Of a stretch of DNA of 64,000 nucleotides, positions 12,492-24,884 are shown in pieces. The stretch is from Lophium mytilinum (Eukaryota). Below the pieces are notes generated by a model. That model saw only the letters and a list, made by a program, of their open reading frames with translations, was not told where the DNA came from and did not search any database. The translations under genes and the position numbers were made by a program. The stretch covers positions 1,447,334 to 1,511,333 of the forward strand of contig MU004185.1 of NCBI GenBank assembly GCA_010093605.1, in the 5' to 3' direction. Within the stretch, counting starts at the first letter, position 1. The number at the start of each line of letters is the position of its first letter.

Positions 12492-13588
12492 ATGCCTCTA
12501 CTATCGAACCTCAAAGCATACCTTTTCGGAATATATGCCTCTTTCACAACTAGCAACAACCCAGTAAACAGCACTCTAGCAACTCCTACAGGCGAGCCGC
12601 CCAAATGCCGTTTCCGGCTCGACAACGACAGCTCCGACACCCTGACCCTCCCCGACGGACGAAAACTCGGTTACGCCCAATACGGCTCGCCAACAGGTCG
12701 GGCCATCCTATACCAACACGGATGGCCAGGCTCTCGTATCGAGGCCGCCGCCTACGACGACCTGGGCCTGCAAATCGGCGCCCGAATCATCGCAGTGGAC
12801 AGGCCTGGAGTAGGCTGGAGCTCGCCACATGCCAATCGAGCGCTCCTTGACCTTCCGAAAGACCTGGAACACCTTGCAGCGCATCTGGAACTTGAAAACT
12901 ATTCCGTACTGGTACGACCAATGCGTCGTCATGCCTGATGCTGTCTGCTAATCGTGTAATCTGGCTTGGATAGGGAGTATCGGGAGGCGGACCATACGCG
13001 CTTGCGTGCGCGGCAGCACTACCGCCCGAGAAGCTCAAGAGCGTTTCCATCGTCTGCGGCATGGGGCCGCCTGACATCGGTATGCGTGGTGCGGATTGGG
13101 CGCATTGGGTTGGATGGCCTTGGGGTATTCGCTACGCCCCTTACTGGCTCGGCCGATGGTGGTTGCGACGACAGCCGGGAGGGCGCTTGGATCTAACCGA
13201 CGAACGCTATCTCGAGCTCATGCTGCAACCTGGATCTGATCTTCAGAAGTCGCATCAGAGGGATCTAGATATCATGACCGATACAGATTTTCTCCGCTTA
13301 AGTGTGAGGAGCGCGCGGGAAACCTATGCGCAGGGGTATGATGCGGTATGGGCTGATGGCAAGTTGATGTGCAGGGATTTTGGGTTCCGGGTACGGGATA
13401 TACGGGCGGATCTGCCGGTACAGCTGTGGTATGGGAAGTATGATACTTTTGTGCCGCTCGTTCATGGGGAGCAGATAGCGGTACGGTTGGGTGGTAGAGC
13501 GCGGTTTAGAGTGAAGGACGAGGCTCATGCAGGCATTCAGGTACACTGGCAAAAGGAGATCGTGGAAGCTTTAATCAGCAGCATGTGA
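12492..13588 (+). CDS. Alpha/beta-hydrolase fold protein, 2 exons
   Basis: LPDGRKLGYAQYG, HGWPGSR, IIAVDRPG.G.S. Intron 12912-12973 joins YSVL to the nucleophile elbow GVSGGGPY. Later LWYG.YD and EAH supply the catalytic Asp/His candidates. Confidence 0.9.
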
Positions 13589-15450
13589 GGGCTGTGTTAG
13601 GCTTGTATGATACCAAAGGACTCTCATCTCGATCTTAGCGATTGATTAGTCGGTGCAAGTGTCTGCTCTATATAGCGTTGAGATCAAGTTTCTGCAGGTA
13701 TCTGTGCATTTTTGTCTATTCCGGGAGATCTTATACTCTTCCAACTGCTCTAGTCGTTTCTTCAACATATCAGCTTAATTTGTGCTTCAGGTTCCTCCAG
13801 CTAGTAATTGACCGACGAACGAAGTAAGTCATCCACCCAGAGCCACAGGTTCGGATGGTAAAGAGGCGTAGACAGGTAGGTAGAGGAAAGTTCCCTACAA
13901 CATAATCATGACCCTTTCCTAGTCGTTCCAACCATCGTTGAATGAAAATCCTACATGTACTTCCCGCCTTGCGCACACGCTACCCATCAGACTTGTACCA
14001 ACTCCTCCACACCCCAAGAGCGCTCATTTCAAGCCGACGCTGCACCTCTCCTCTCTATATGCATATCATGACGGTAGCAATCTACGACCAACCATCCAGC
14101 CCAAACTCAGCCCTCTATCCCTCCTTGAACCAGGCCTCTCCCCCTCAGCATATTCCTCCAGTCTTCCCTCCATCATCCCCCCCCCCCTAGTATCCTCAAC
14201 CCCCACTACCCTACCCTCCCCTCCCCCCTCCCACCCCCCTCGTCCGCAGCACCCACTGCTTCCCCAACCCCCCCACACCCCACACCTCCACCTTATACGC
14301 AGGACACTGCACCTCAGCGACTTTCCTTTCGCCCTGGAACGGTGGCGCGGCGAGGAGCAGCCAGTTGACTTGGATGGCGGGCTGGGGTCTTGATTCAGCG
14401 GAAGTGTTCGCAGGTCCTACGCGTTGTGATGGGAAGGGGGGCGAGGGGTGGGGGGCAGGCAGTGGCGTACGTACCGCTGGCATCTGGGAAGCTGGAAGCA
14501 AGAGGGGGAAAGGGCTGAGGCAGAGGAGCTGGTGGGTGTTGGGTTCCGTGAATCGTGGGAGTTAAGGGCGGGGGTTTGTGTCGAGATGCTATCGGTCTGG
14601 TTGTCTGATGCGGGAGGTCTGGGGTGGGTGAGATGCGATGTCTGGTGTTTAAACCTGGGAAGGGTCGAGGTTTCCGAGATTCAAGGAGGGGAGAGGTTTA
14701 GGTTTGTGGATGCTGGGGGATGGAAATGGAGGTTGACGCTGGCCATCTTGGGTGCATATGCGTCTAGTGGTGGCGTGTCGCGCTGCAATTGGGTGGAGGG
14801 GGAAGGTGTTCTGGTTGGCAGGCTGCGCGAAGATGTAAAGCAAGAGGACTATCGAGATGGTATTACTGCGCGCGACTAGTTAGGAGGCGTTGATGCGGTT
14901 GGAAAGGTGGTGAAGCGGGTGTGGTTGAGGCATAGACGTGAAGTAGTGAGATGGCTTCACTGAGTGGTAATTTACCACATTTCAACGCAACTCCATAAAC
15001 TCGATCACCAGAAGGCATAGTAAAGTCAAGTGTTCATGTTGAGGGAATCCCATTGATCCAGCTATTCAAGCTACAGTATCAAGTCCCCCTAGGTCCATCC
15101 AGACCTCCCAAACGCCAAATGACCTCAGTCCAACAAAGCCAATCCCATTTCGTCCGGCGTTCCTCCCAAGATCAACCGTGATGACTGAACCGCAGCAACG
15201 ATTTGCGTTGAGTGCATGCCAATGAGCAGTGCCAGCGCCAGCCAAATGCAGAGATAGGAAGGGAGATGAGGCAAAGGGAAATGGGGTATAGAAAAAGCAA
15301 AAGAGGAAGACAAACCCTTGAAGATCGTTTCAAGCCGTGTGCGTATGCGCAGACATGCGATGAGTTTGATGAGTATGAGAAGTATAAAGAAGCAGTTGTG
15401 TGAGATAGAGGTCGAGCTTCTTGTCGATGTTGCCGATGTGGTTGAGGTGT

Positions 15451-16234
15451 TCAAGCATCCTCCTCTGTCTTGACCTCGTCCTCGTCCTCGCCGTTGACCT
15501 CCTCGTTCTTGACAGTCGTAGCCTCGGTGTCGTTCTCGTCCTTAACAGCAGCGGCGACATCAATGTCTGGGAGCGCAAGTTTGCCGGCTAAAATGTTAGC
15601 CGCTGCTCGAGTGAGTCTGAACTGGATGGTGGACTCACCAGCAGCCTCGGCCTCCTTCTGGGTCTTGGTCTTGCGAACGCGCTTCTTCGGGGTAACCTCT
15701 TCGCCCTCGGCCTCGTCAGAGGACTTGCGCTTGCGTGGAGTGGTAGCCTTCTTGGCCTTGGGAGTCTTGACCTCGGGAGCAGCAACATCGTCGTCAGAGG
15801 CAAGAGCTTCGTCGCGAGCTGCAGCAGAACCAGTGCCCTCTTCGTCGCTGGCCTTGTTGGCAGCAGCCGCCGCCGCCTTGCCGCGAGGCTTGCGAGCAGC
15901 GGGAGTCTTGGGAGTCTTCGGGGTCTTCGGTGGGATAGCAGCGTCTCCAGTGAACAGCTTGATCTTGAGCTTGGCCCAAGCATTGGAGGCAGACTTCGGA
16001 TTGCCCATGCCAGCGAAGCCAGCAAGCTTCTCGTAGTCAATCTGTGGTGGATGGTAAGATCTGTGCGCATTGAAATTGGATGGTGAAAAGATGGGAACAT
16101 ACGTCGGGAGGACCAGACTTGAGAGACTGCATGGCCCATCCGAGCATAGCAAGCTCGCGCTCAGTGAAGACCGACGAGGTCGGTGCGGTAGCGGCCTGGG
16201 GGGTGGTGGCCTTGACGGCAGAGTTGTCGGACAT
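15451..16234 (-). CDS. Fungal hypothetical nuclear protein with short helical domain and Lys/Ala/Pro-rich histone-H1-like tail, 3 exons
   Basis: Exons 16234-16103, 16041-15639 and 15587-15451. FTERELAMLGWAMQSLKSGPPD|IDYEKLA..GM.NPKSASNAWAKLKIKL, then KTPKTPKTP, TPRKRK, TPKKR and an acidic end. Confidence 0.75.
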
Positions 16235-17244
16235 AATGAAGTAGGTTGAGGTGGTAGTTGGTACGAGTACGTTGAAGTGGATGTAGATCGAAGAAGTGCT
16301 TGATGCGTGGAAGATTGATGATTGTGATCGTGGAGAGAATGAACTGAAGATGATGGTAGAGAGGAAGAAAAGGAATGGAGGACGGAGGGCGAGATCTGCT
16401 TAAGTACTGGAAAGTGCGAGGAGCATTAGCGGCTAACCGAATGCGGTATGGCCGGGCGGGAGTGGTGAGGAAAGGTGAAGTGCGTCGTCTAAGTGAAGTG
16501 CTGCCTGGCATGATAACTATGCAGAGAAGCGTCCCAGGCGCCTTGTCTCCAGCTGGGCGTGGAACTCCTTGCATTCTGGCATGACGTCAAGCCACGGCTC
16601 CAGCTGAAGGTGGCTGGGTGTTGGTTTTGAGGCGCCTGTGGTCTTGGACAACGTGGATCTTTGACTGGAGATGCCTCGCACGAGACTCAATTTTTGTAGG
16701 GACCACGAGCGCTATAAAGAGGTCCAGTGCCTGGCCATAGATCTTTTGGTACTCTTGCGCTTGAACCACTGTCATGAGTGTAAACAGATTACATATGAAA
16801 CATTGCTCCCAATGTGAATTAGCGCTTGGGACACTACATGCGGCGACAGAGTGTACGAAGGCTTCTGATATTGAACTGTATGAGAAGGGCCAGAGAGAAG
16901 CAGGCCTTGGATATCAAATTCGGGGAACGGGAATTGAAGGGTATCAAATATAAAAACCTTCTGCGATGCTTCCCACGTCGACTCTGGTTCCGCCCCTCTG
17001 CCGCCGTCTGAGGTGCCCCAGCGCAATATCAAACCCCCCAAGATCACTCACCTCAGCCCTCCAAAATCCATGGCGACGTCTCAAGCCACGACGAAGAAGC
17101 GTAGCACATCTCAGAAAGACAAAAGAACCGATCTCAAACTCACAAAACACCAAAGCTGGAATACCACTCACAGTTCCCATACTCAATCTAATTACCCCAC
17201 GCTAAAAATACGTAAATACAAGAAGTGGCTCCCCTGAACCCCCC

Positions 17245-20200
17245 TTAACTCCCCAACCAATTCGCCCACTGACACCCACAGCCCCCCGTGCCTCCATCAA
17301 TCCCCCCGGGGCCTCCATCCTTCGTCGCCACAGGAACATTATCAAACGGCCCACTAGCGGGATTGACGGCAACGCCACCGAAAGAGCGGTCCTCGAGCAC
17401 AAAGGCTTGCGCGTTCTTCTCGATCTTGCCGTTCGTGTCCATGCCGTAGCAGTAGATCATCTTCTTCGACAGGGCCCCGCCGTGTCGATCCAGGGTCACG
17501 GTAACAGGGTACGGGAAGGAGCCCGGGCGCTTCAGATCGGGTGACGGGCTGGCCGTTGAGGTCGGCGACGCAGACGAGGCTGTGGAAGTTGTCGGCGTTC
17601 CTTGCAGAAGCGGCTTGGTGCTGCCAGAGTTTGTCCAAATCTGGACACGGAAGCGCGTTTGAGCCCACGTGCAGCGCATGGTTGCGCTGTCGAAGGTGGA
17701 GCCGCCGTTTGTGTCGGCTGGGACACCGCCGAAGGAGTTGTTTGTTGGCTGGATGGACTTTAGGAAGATAGAGCGGTCGAAGTAGTTGTAAAAGCCGTAG
17801 TGCTCAGTAGGCAGGCCACGGTCGTAAAGCTGCAGCGGCTGCGAGCTGGGGAGAGGGAGGAGGTTAGCTGGTGCCGCAGTGCCGTCGCTGTTGACGGACG
17901 GGGGCGGAATTAGGTCGGAGAGGTTGCCGAAATTGTCGCCTCCCCGTCTGACAAGTCGTGCTGAAGACGATGCCATGGTTGGGTCAACGAAAGAAATAAA
18001 GAACGGCGTTTGTTCGCCTTCGAATGGAACCTTGTTGTCATCAGTCGTGTTTCCTAGGAACCTCTGATCGTCTAAAGAAGGCACCGCTGGCGAAGCTGTA
18101 ATGGCGCGAATCTTTAGAAGCTTTGATCTGATGAACGCTCCAGCGGAAACGGGGTTAAAAACAGCACGAGGAGCAATTTGCGTTTTGGATTTATCCGCAA
18201 TTGTCCCATTATCAAACACGATGTTCAGCTTGAAATTCGGCTGGTCCGGCTTGTTGGGAGCAACAGATGCCTGTTCCTCCTTAGGCAATGCACAACTCCA
18301 TATGGTGGCGGGGGAAACGCATCCACTTTCTTCCTCAATGGCCTCTGGCTGGGCAATAGTCGACATTCCTGTAGGCATGGGCGGATACCCAGTCAAATTC
18401 AACCACTGAGAGGCAGTGGGTATATCGTCCTTTTTGTGATGTTTCTTCGTTAACGTGACCGCAAGTGCCGTAATGATAGCCACAAGTGCAAGAAATATGA
18501 TACAGCACCAGCTGAGCCAGCAGCAGCACCGTGATCTCTTGCTCTTCTGTTGCTTCTTTTCACGTTTCTGCTCGCGTCTCTGCTCACGTCTTTGTTCACG
18601 TGCCTGCTTCTTGGAAATTCGCTGATGGTTATCGGAAGGTGCCATTTGTGGCTGTGGACTCGACCATTGAGTCTCGTGAGTCATTGAAAACTTTGGTGTT
18701 GAGTTTTGAGACGCCTGCTCACGAGACGGGGGCCCCTCAAACGTTGGAGTCCGGAATTGCGAGTTGTTTGAATAAGTAGTCGTGTGCGCCATTTGAGGCG
18801 GTGGAATTGATGTCTGCGGATGTGGGATTGATGTCTGAGGCTGTGGAATTGATGACTGAGGGCCTGGCTCACGGGACTGGAACCCCTCGAACGGTATCAT
18901 CTGGAGTGGTGGATTCGTCAAATGAGCAGGCTCAAGTGCCTTTGGAGAGGTTTGAGTAAGCGGCTCGTGGGTTTGAACCCCCTCGACCCGCCCCATCTGA
19001 GGTTGCGAATTCGACAGACGGGCAGTCTCACGCATTTGGTTCGGGAGCTCGAGGCCAAGAAGTAGTGGAACTTCCCTGTCGTTTGGACTGAAAGCTTTCT
19101 CCGTTGCCGACCATATGTACGTAGACGGTGTCGATGCCGAAACGGGGCTCGCTCCAAACCTCTGAGGCACCATAGGAACATCTGGTGTGGTATCACCGTT
19201 TCCAACCGTCCTTCTTGTCCATAGTGAATTTGAGCGTGACAGTTCAAACGGCGTGGTAATGACATTCCACCATCCACGAGAGAGCCTTGGCGTTGGTGTT
19301 AACGCCGTATCGATGCTTAAATCGAGATGACCTTTATTGGTTTTCTCTCGTGAAGAATGCGGTGTCGCATCTTCTTCGAAGAGCGTTCCTGTCGACGTGA
19401 TTCTGGCTTTGCGTCTGGTGTCCTCATCTTCCTCGAAGGCCGTGACTGCTGAATCGATGGTGCTATCGCGGACGTGGTTCGATTTCTGACTAGTCTCAAA
19501 TTCCTTATCTCGCGCAGGCTGGCTGGGGATTGCTGTGTGCCCTGATCCAACAAGATGAGATGGCACCGTTGGTACAGGTGGAACATACTGATTATTCGTG
19601 TAATCGGAAGGGAAAAAGGTCGCTTGTGAGTAAATGCTAGAAGGTGGTCGGGGCCTGTAGTCTGGCTCACTATCTGGTGACCATACTGACTTCAGCGCTG
19701 CGGGGGTGATGATGATGTTGGGAGTGACTAGCGTCACATCGCTCTCTGAGCGTTGGCGGTTTGTTCGATAGTCCTCGTGTTCTGAGAGACTGTCGGAAGG
19801 AATGGAGAGACCGATGGTGATGGGTCGATCCGCGGGTGAAACCTCCACCGATGCGAATCGTCCTGGTCGTAATGTTCCCCCTGTCTGAGGGCTAGCATAT
19901 GCTCGTTCGTCCGCTGCATCGGATGGTCTAGCGAACATGCCTCTTTGATATGTTTCCTGAGTGGGCGTAACAATGGAGGGCGGTTCTTGATCACGGTTTT
20001 GGGCTCGCATTGTCTTGTTTTTGAACCCGAATCCGTTCGCAGGGCGAGTTTTACTCGGTGAGTCTGTATTCTCGCCCTTGTCGCCCATGTTTCCCTTTGA
20101 CTTTCCAAATTGCCACCACGTACTCTTCTTGCCAGAATCATGATCCTCTGAAAAGTCCGGTAGGTTGACAAATCCAACAATGCCATTTGGCTTCAACAAA

Positions 20201-20631
20201 TCTGATGACTTCTGCGGGAAGAGTTGCCGTGGCGGCTTGGCTTTGTGCCGCGAGACGTTTGTGTCTACTGTGATGCCTGGCCTTGTAAAAGTTGCCTGCT
20301 TCGCTTTCCTCTTTGATTTGGTTCGTGCCGCTTGAGTTATCGAGGCTCGTGACTGTCGTTTCGCTGCCATGGCCTTCCTGGCGGCTACGCGTGAGGCGTC
20401 TGCGTCCCATCTCGCTTGCTCGTAAACATCATGCTGTAATAACCATGTCCCATTTGTATCATGTGCCGGTTGTTGACCATTTGCTGCTGGGTATGCAGGC
20501 GGCGGATTTTGTGTAGTATGGAGATCGTCCATCAAGAAGTCTGCGGCACCCGGAAACCTGGTTATGCGAGTCGTGGATCTCCGTAGTGGTTTTGGTGGTG
20601 ATGAGGATCCGAATGAGGTTACGTCGTTCAT
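17245..20631 (-). CDS. Large single-pass membrane protein: disordered N-terminus, Cys-rich juxtamembrane segment, conserved Cys-containing C-terminal domain
   Basis: Open frame of more than 1100 codons, first ATG at 20631. A basic stretch is followed by RCCCWLSWCCIIFLALVAIITALAV (TM). C-domain motifs: WLNLTGYPPMPTG, CV.P..WSCALP, EHYGFYNYFDRSIFL, RCTWAQTRFRVQIWT, GGIDGGTGGCGCQW.N. Confidence 0.8.
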   Translation of the reverse strand: MNDVTSFGSSSPPKPLRRSTTRITRFPGAADFLMDDLHTTQNPPPAYPAANGQQPAHDTNGTWLLQHDVYEQARWDADASRVAARKAMAAKRQSRASITQAARTKSKRKAKQATFTRPGITVDTNVSRHKAKPPRQLFPQKSSDLLKPNGIVGFVNLPDFSEDHDSGKKSTWWQFGKSKGNMGDKGENTDSPSKTRPANGFGFKNKTMRAQNRDQEPPSIVTPTQETYQRGMFARPSDAADERAYASPQTGGTLRPGRFASVEVSPADRPITIGLSIPSDSLSEHEDYRTNRQRSESDVTLVTPNIIITPAALKSVWSPDSEPDYRPRPPSSIYSQATFFPSDYTNNQYVPPVPTVPSHLVGSGHTAIPSQPARDKEFETSQKSNHVRDSTIDSAVTAFEEDEDTRRKARITSTGTLFEEDATPHSSREKTNKGHLDLSIDTALTPTPRLSRGWWNVITTPFELSRSNSLWTRRTVGNGDTTPDVPMVPQRFGASPVSASTPSTYIWSATEKAFSPNDREVPLLLGLELPNQMRETARLSNSQPQMGRVEGVQTHEPLTQTSPKALEPAHLTNPPLQMIPFEGFQSREPGPQSSIPQPQTSIPHPQTSIPPPQMAHTTTYSNNSQFRTPTFEGPPSREQASQNSTPKFSMTHETQWSSPQPQMAPSDNHQRISKKQAREQRREQRREQKREKKQQKSKRSRCCCWLSWCCIIFLALVAIITALAVTLTKKHHKKDDIPTASQWLNLTGYPPMPTGMSTIAQPEAIEEESGCVSPATIWSCALPKEEQASVAPNKPDQPNFKLNIVFDNGTIADKSKTQIAPRAVFNPVSAGAFIRSKLLKIRAITASPAVPSLDDQRFLGNTTDDNKVPFEGEQTPFFISFVDPTMASSSARLVRRGGDNFGNLSDLIPPPSVNSDGTAAPANLLPLPSSQPLQLYDRGLPTEHYGFYNYFDRSIFLKSIQPTNNSFGGVPADTNGGSTFDSATMRCTWAQTRFRVQIWTNSGSTKPLLQGTPTTSTASSASPTSTASPSPDLKRPGSFPYPVTVTLDRHGGALSKKMIYCYGMDTNGKIEKNAQAFVLEDRSFGGVAVNPASGPFDNVPVATKDGGPGGIDGGTGGCGCQWANWLGS

Positions 20632-21894
20632 GTCTTCGTAGCTATGCAATGCCTGCGGCGGCGTGCCGACCGTGGTTCGGGACGTTGCTGGTAATATAGG
20701 GTCGCAGGCGGGTGTGAAAGTAGGTTATGAAGTCGGGGGTCGGATCTCGAATTGGTCTATGAAGACGTGCAGATTGGTATTTGGTGATTTCATGAGTAAG
20801 TCATTTTCATGCGGGGCGCGAAGTGAAGCTCAGTTGGGTCTGTCACGAGGATGAAACAAAGGATGTCTGCGATGTTGGTCTATTGTTGGTGGAGGCCAGA
20901 TGAGACCTGATTGGACGGAGAGGCTGCGTTTACAATGCAGCAAAGAGGCGAGAGAACAAGAGAACAAAGACGCTTCAATGGAGGTTACAGAGGAAGTGAA
21001 AGGTGAAGAAGCCGCAGACGAAGTTGAGATGCAAAGACTTTGAGATGGCAAAGAGAAGAAGCAGCTCCACCTCCAGCGCGTTGAAACACGCGCCCCAAAC
21101 CTCTCCCGACGGTGGCCAGGCAGGCCACGCCAACCATGCCATTTCTTGCATAGAGCCTCTCCAGATCCTCCACGAATGCTCCAGCAGAGGTCGCGATTCG
21201 CCGGCGACGGACACACGTAGGCTGCGAACGGCTGGGTGGGAGCGGAGGGCAGTGACTCACGGGAATGATTGGAGCTCGTCGCGCTCTCACGGGCGCACGT
21301 CCGACTTAGCGAGCGCCATGAGCAGGGAGTCGCAGGCTCGTAGCCGCCAGGTATTCGCTGGAGGGACACACGGGAATCAATGCAGCGACGAAACGTAGTC
21401 GCGTGAGAGGGCGCTGGCTGCTGGGTTTGCTGGCGGGAGAGTAGGTGGGCGAAGCATCTGGCCAGTCGTGAGAGGGGACCAGCAGCAGCTAGACGCCGTT
21501 CATTTCCTTAGGTAAGGCGCCAAGGCACTTCTTCTCCGCCCTTGGCAGCAGGGCAGCGAGAGGGGCGAGCGGGATTCTACTGGTCTGAAGAGAGGATGGA
21601 GAGGGGCGGAGAGGGGGTGGAGGGGATGAATGAGGACAGAAGCATGTGGGAGTTGAGCTGACGAGAACCACTACTCCTCTTCGTCACATCACAGATGTGC
21701 CATCGGGCTGGCTCTCAAATCATTACTGTGCGAAACACGAGATACTCGCAAGGTACCGTCTCCATAATCGTGACTTGCAGGGGCGGGTGAGAAGTTTATC
21801 TGTTCAACAGCCGACAAATGAGCACATTGCAGCTGAAAATAGCGAAAAGGACTCCCGTCTTGCCATCTAGAGGTTGAAGCACCCACTTAGAGTT

Positions 21895-22003
21895 ACATTT
21901 GACGCTGTTGACCGTGCCCGTGACAAGTATATTTGACGTTGCTGACCATGCCCGTAGTGAGTACATTTCACATTTGACACTGTTGACTGTCCTCGTGGTA
22001 AGT
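21895..22003. repeat. Degenerate 34-bp minisatellite, 3 copies
   Basis: acatttgacgctgttgaccgtgcccgtgacaagt (21895-21928), atatttgacgttgctgaccatgcccgtagtgagt (21929-21962), 7-nt partial unit, acatttgacactgttgactgtcctcgtggtaagt (21970-22003). Confidence 0.75.
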
Positions 22004-23391
22004 GAGGCATCCTGAGACTTAACTGTGCACCAGGGGTATTTTGAGACGTCGCTAGAGTCTTCAACACCATCCTGCGGGCTAGCCGCCTCTCTGTATAGGG
22101 AGCAGCCGGGCCAGGCTATTCGTCCAGGCGCCCGACATTCGCGGTTAAGCTTGTTTTTCGCCGCATGGCTCAGGCCCAAAGAGGGGCGCATTGTCCTATC
22201 ACGGTGCTTGGCGGGCCGTGATAGGTGTTACTGCAGCGGGTTCCCTGGAGCGTGCAGCGACGATAATTTCGGCGACATGGCATTTGATATTACCTTCGGT
22301 AGCGGCCCAGCAATTGCCGATCGCTGCATGAGCGGACGGCCGGTTGCTGGCAGTCGAAGTCTGGATAGAAGTGCAGCAGTTTTGTGGCCTGCTATCTTGG
22401 GCATCGCGTCGCGAACCTCTACAGGAGTTGAGCTGCTCAGCTCCCTCGCCGCCAGCACAGCTCATCTGCGGCCCCTGGCCTCACAACCTGGCCAGGAACT
22501 CCACCACAACTTGCACCAGCCGCTAGCGCAGCGCAAGTGGCGGTCGAGGCGGCGTGCAATCGCCGCCAAGGCCCGCAAAATGACGGGCGCGATAGATAGA
22601 GAGGGATGCTCCTGGCCCCTATGCAGATATCGATATGCAGGCACGGCAAAAAATCTGTCCTCATTTCAATTGAAAGCACGCCCAGCCGACCTCAGATTCT
22701 CCCAAGTCTCTTCCCCTAGGACGCCGTTGTCTCTGACATCTGATTACTTCGTCTTCTTCCAAACATAACCCCCTCCCCTGCCACAGCAATTCTCGCGGCC
22801 ACTCACGCTGCCTGTCCAGCTGCATCCCACGCTCGTTACCAGCCTCGCCTCCTCCCAGGGAACGGAACACATAGACCCTTAGCGTATCTCGACCCCGGAC
22901 GTACGCCGAGATCACCTCAACCCTCCCAATCTGGAGCCATATCTGGCTTTGCGCCCTTCTTTTGCGCCGCGAGCTCTTGGCCACCTTGCTTGTCCAGTTC
23001 CACAGCGCCTCGGAGCCCCATCCTCCTTGCACCCTCTGCTTCCGACTACCTGCTTTGACAGCTTGGCTGCTGCTTAGCGTCTTCTGAGCCGCAGGACGAC
23101 GCCGCGTGCAGACTCTAGCAGTCTGTCCTCTTCCTCGAATTCTCCCTCCGCCCCAGACCCACCCTCATTGTGGCGACCTCACCCTCCCTCCAACCTTCCG
23201 TCGCCCATCGCCGGAGGCGCTCGTCTGCCGCGAGGGCCCCTCCGACGTTGCATCTCCAGGAAAGCTCTACATCAAGGGACCGATTTGGCTCTACCTCGGG
23301 CAGCAGTGCCGTAGGCAGTGCTGCAGGAGACCACAGAGACCATCGCGACCACCTAGAAACAATCCCAGGCACGCCCGCCGACTTCACTGGC

Positions 23392-24884
23392 ATGTCTTCG
23401 AGATCGCCATCGCCTCATCACGGCGGAGGATGGTTGAGTCCGGGGCTGATGACACCGCAAGGCACAAGCGGGAGGTCGAGTCCAACGAGGGGATACGCGA
23501 ATGGCGGAGCGAACAACGTTACATGGGCCGCCGCTCAGGCACGGAGTGCAGAAGTCAAGGGATACGGAGCCTTCGCGCCACGGAACAACAACTTCTTCAA
23601 CAGACACCTGCGGTCCATATCACAAAGTCTGCCCTCTTTCGCGCCCTCATACGCCGAGAAGGAGAAATTTGGCCGGGGCCGGTGGACGAGATTTCAGCGG
23701 ACGCGGTTAGGACAACTTGCAACTAGAGTAGGCAGGAAAATGTGGCGCTGGAGGAAACCGCTTTATGTGGTCGCCGTATTACTTTTCTGCCTCTTGTTGT
23801 TTTATGTCACTCGTAAGTCTTGCATCCGCCTAAATTTTCAATTCTCTAACAGCTACAGCGCTATATCGACTATGGCGCGGAACTTCATTTCTTGGCGGTG
23901 GCAGCAAATTCGTAATCATACTGGCAGCCAACCAAGGGGGAGGTGTGATGGAGTGGAAAGGCCCTCGCGAGTGGGCGATTGAGAGAGATAGTGTAAAGAA
24001 CAAGAAGAAGTACGCCAAAAACTGGGGCTACGAACTGGAGATTGTCGATATGAGCACGAAAAAGCGCTATGCGCACGAATGGCGAGAGAGTTGGGAAAAA
24101 GTGGACACGATCCGCAACACCATGCGCAAATACCCTCACGCAGAATGGTGAGTATCGAGGATAATTTCTACATACGCAATTACTAACAATTCACAGGTTT
24201 TGGTGGTTGGATCTCAACACCTTCATAATGGAGCCGTCCTATTCCCTCCAGTCGCACATCTTCAACAATCTACAAAAAACCACGTACCGAGATATCAATG
24301 ATTACAATCCCCTCAATATCAGCCACCCTCTTACCGGCGAATACCTCGATCCAGAAACCAGGTCGACCGTGGGCGATGGAAAGCCAAGCTCCATCAACCT
24401 GATCGTGCCCCAAGACTGCAGTGGCTTCAACCTCGGATCCTTCTTCGTTCGCCGAAGCGTGTGGACAGACCGCCTACTAGACATCTGGTGGGACCCCGTC
24501 GGCTACGAGCAAAAACACATGGAATGGGAACACAAAGAGCAAGACTCGCTGGAAGCCATGTACCGGAACCAGCCCTGGGTGCGTCCCCACGTCGCCTTCA
24601 TCAAACAGCGTAAAGTCAACAGCTTCCCGCCCGGCGCCTGCGGCGAGCGGGGCGACGACCCAATGATCCACTACAAGGAGAAAGACCGCGACTTCCTCGT
24701 GAACATGGCCGGCTGCGAATGGGGCCGCGACTGCTGGGGCGAGATGTACAGCTACCGCCAGCTGAGCAACCGCCTCAACCGCAATCCGTGGGAGAAGTTC
24801 AAGGACGGCATCAGCGATGGCGTGAAGCGGCTCCGCGAGGGCAGGAAGAAAGACAAGAAGGACGACAAGAAGAAGCAATCGTAA
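23392..24884 (+). CDS. MNN10: GT34 alpha-1,6-mannosyltransferase, MNN10/GMA12 family, 3 exons
   Basis: Exons 23392-23812, 23859-24147 and 24197-24884. Type II TM, KFVIILAANQGGGVM.WK, KRYAHEWRESWEK, EWFWWLDLNTFIM, QDCSGFNLGSFF.RRS.W, EHKEQD, NMAGCEWGRDC. Confidence 0.9.

Noticed and set aside
22025..22768. 247-aa plus-strand ORF, and the in-frame GTG-started extension of MNN10 (23170-23391)
   Set aside because: Non-ATG starts, no recognisable domain, GC-rich promoter/5' UTR context. The MNN10-like N-terminus (SRSPSP..GGGW.SPGL) begins at ATG 23392.
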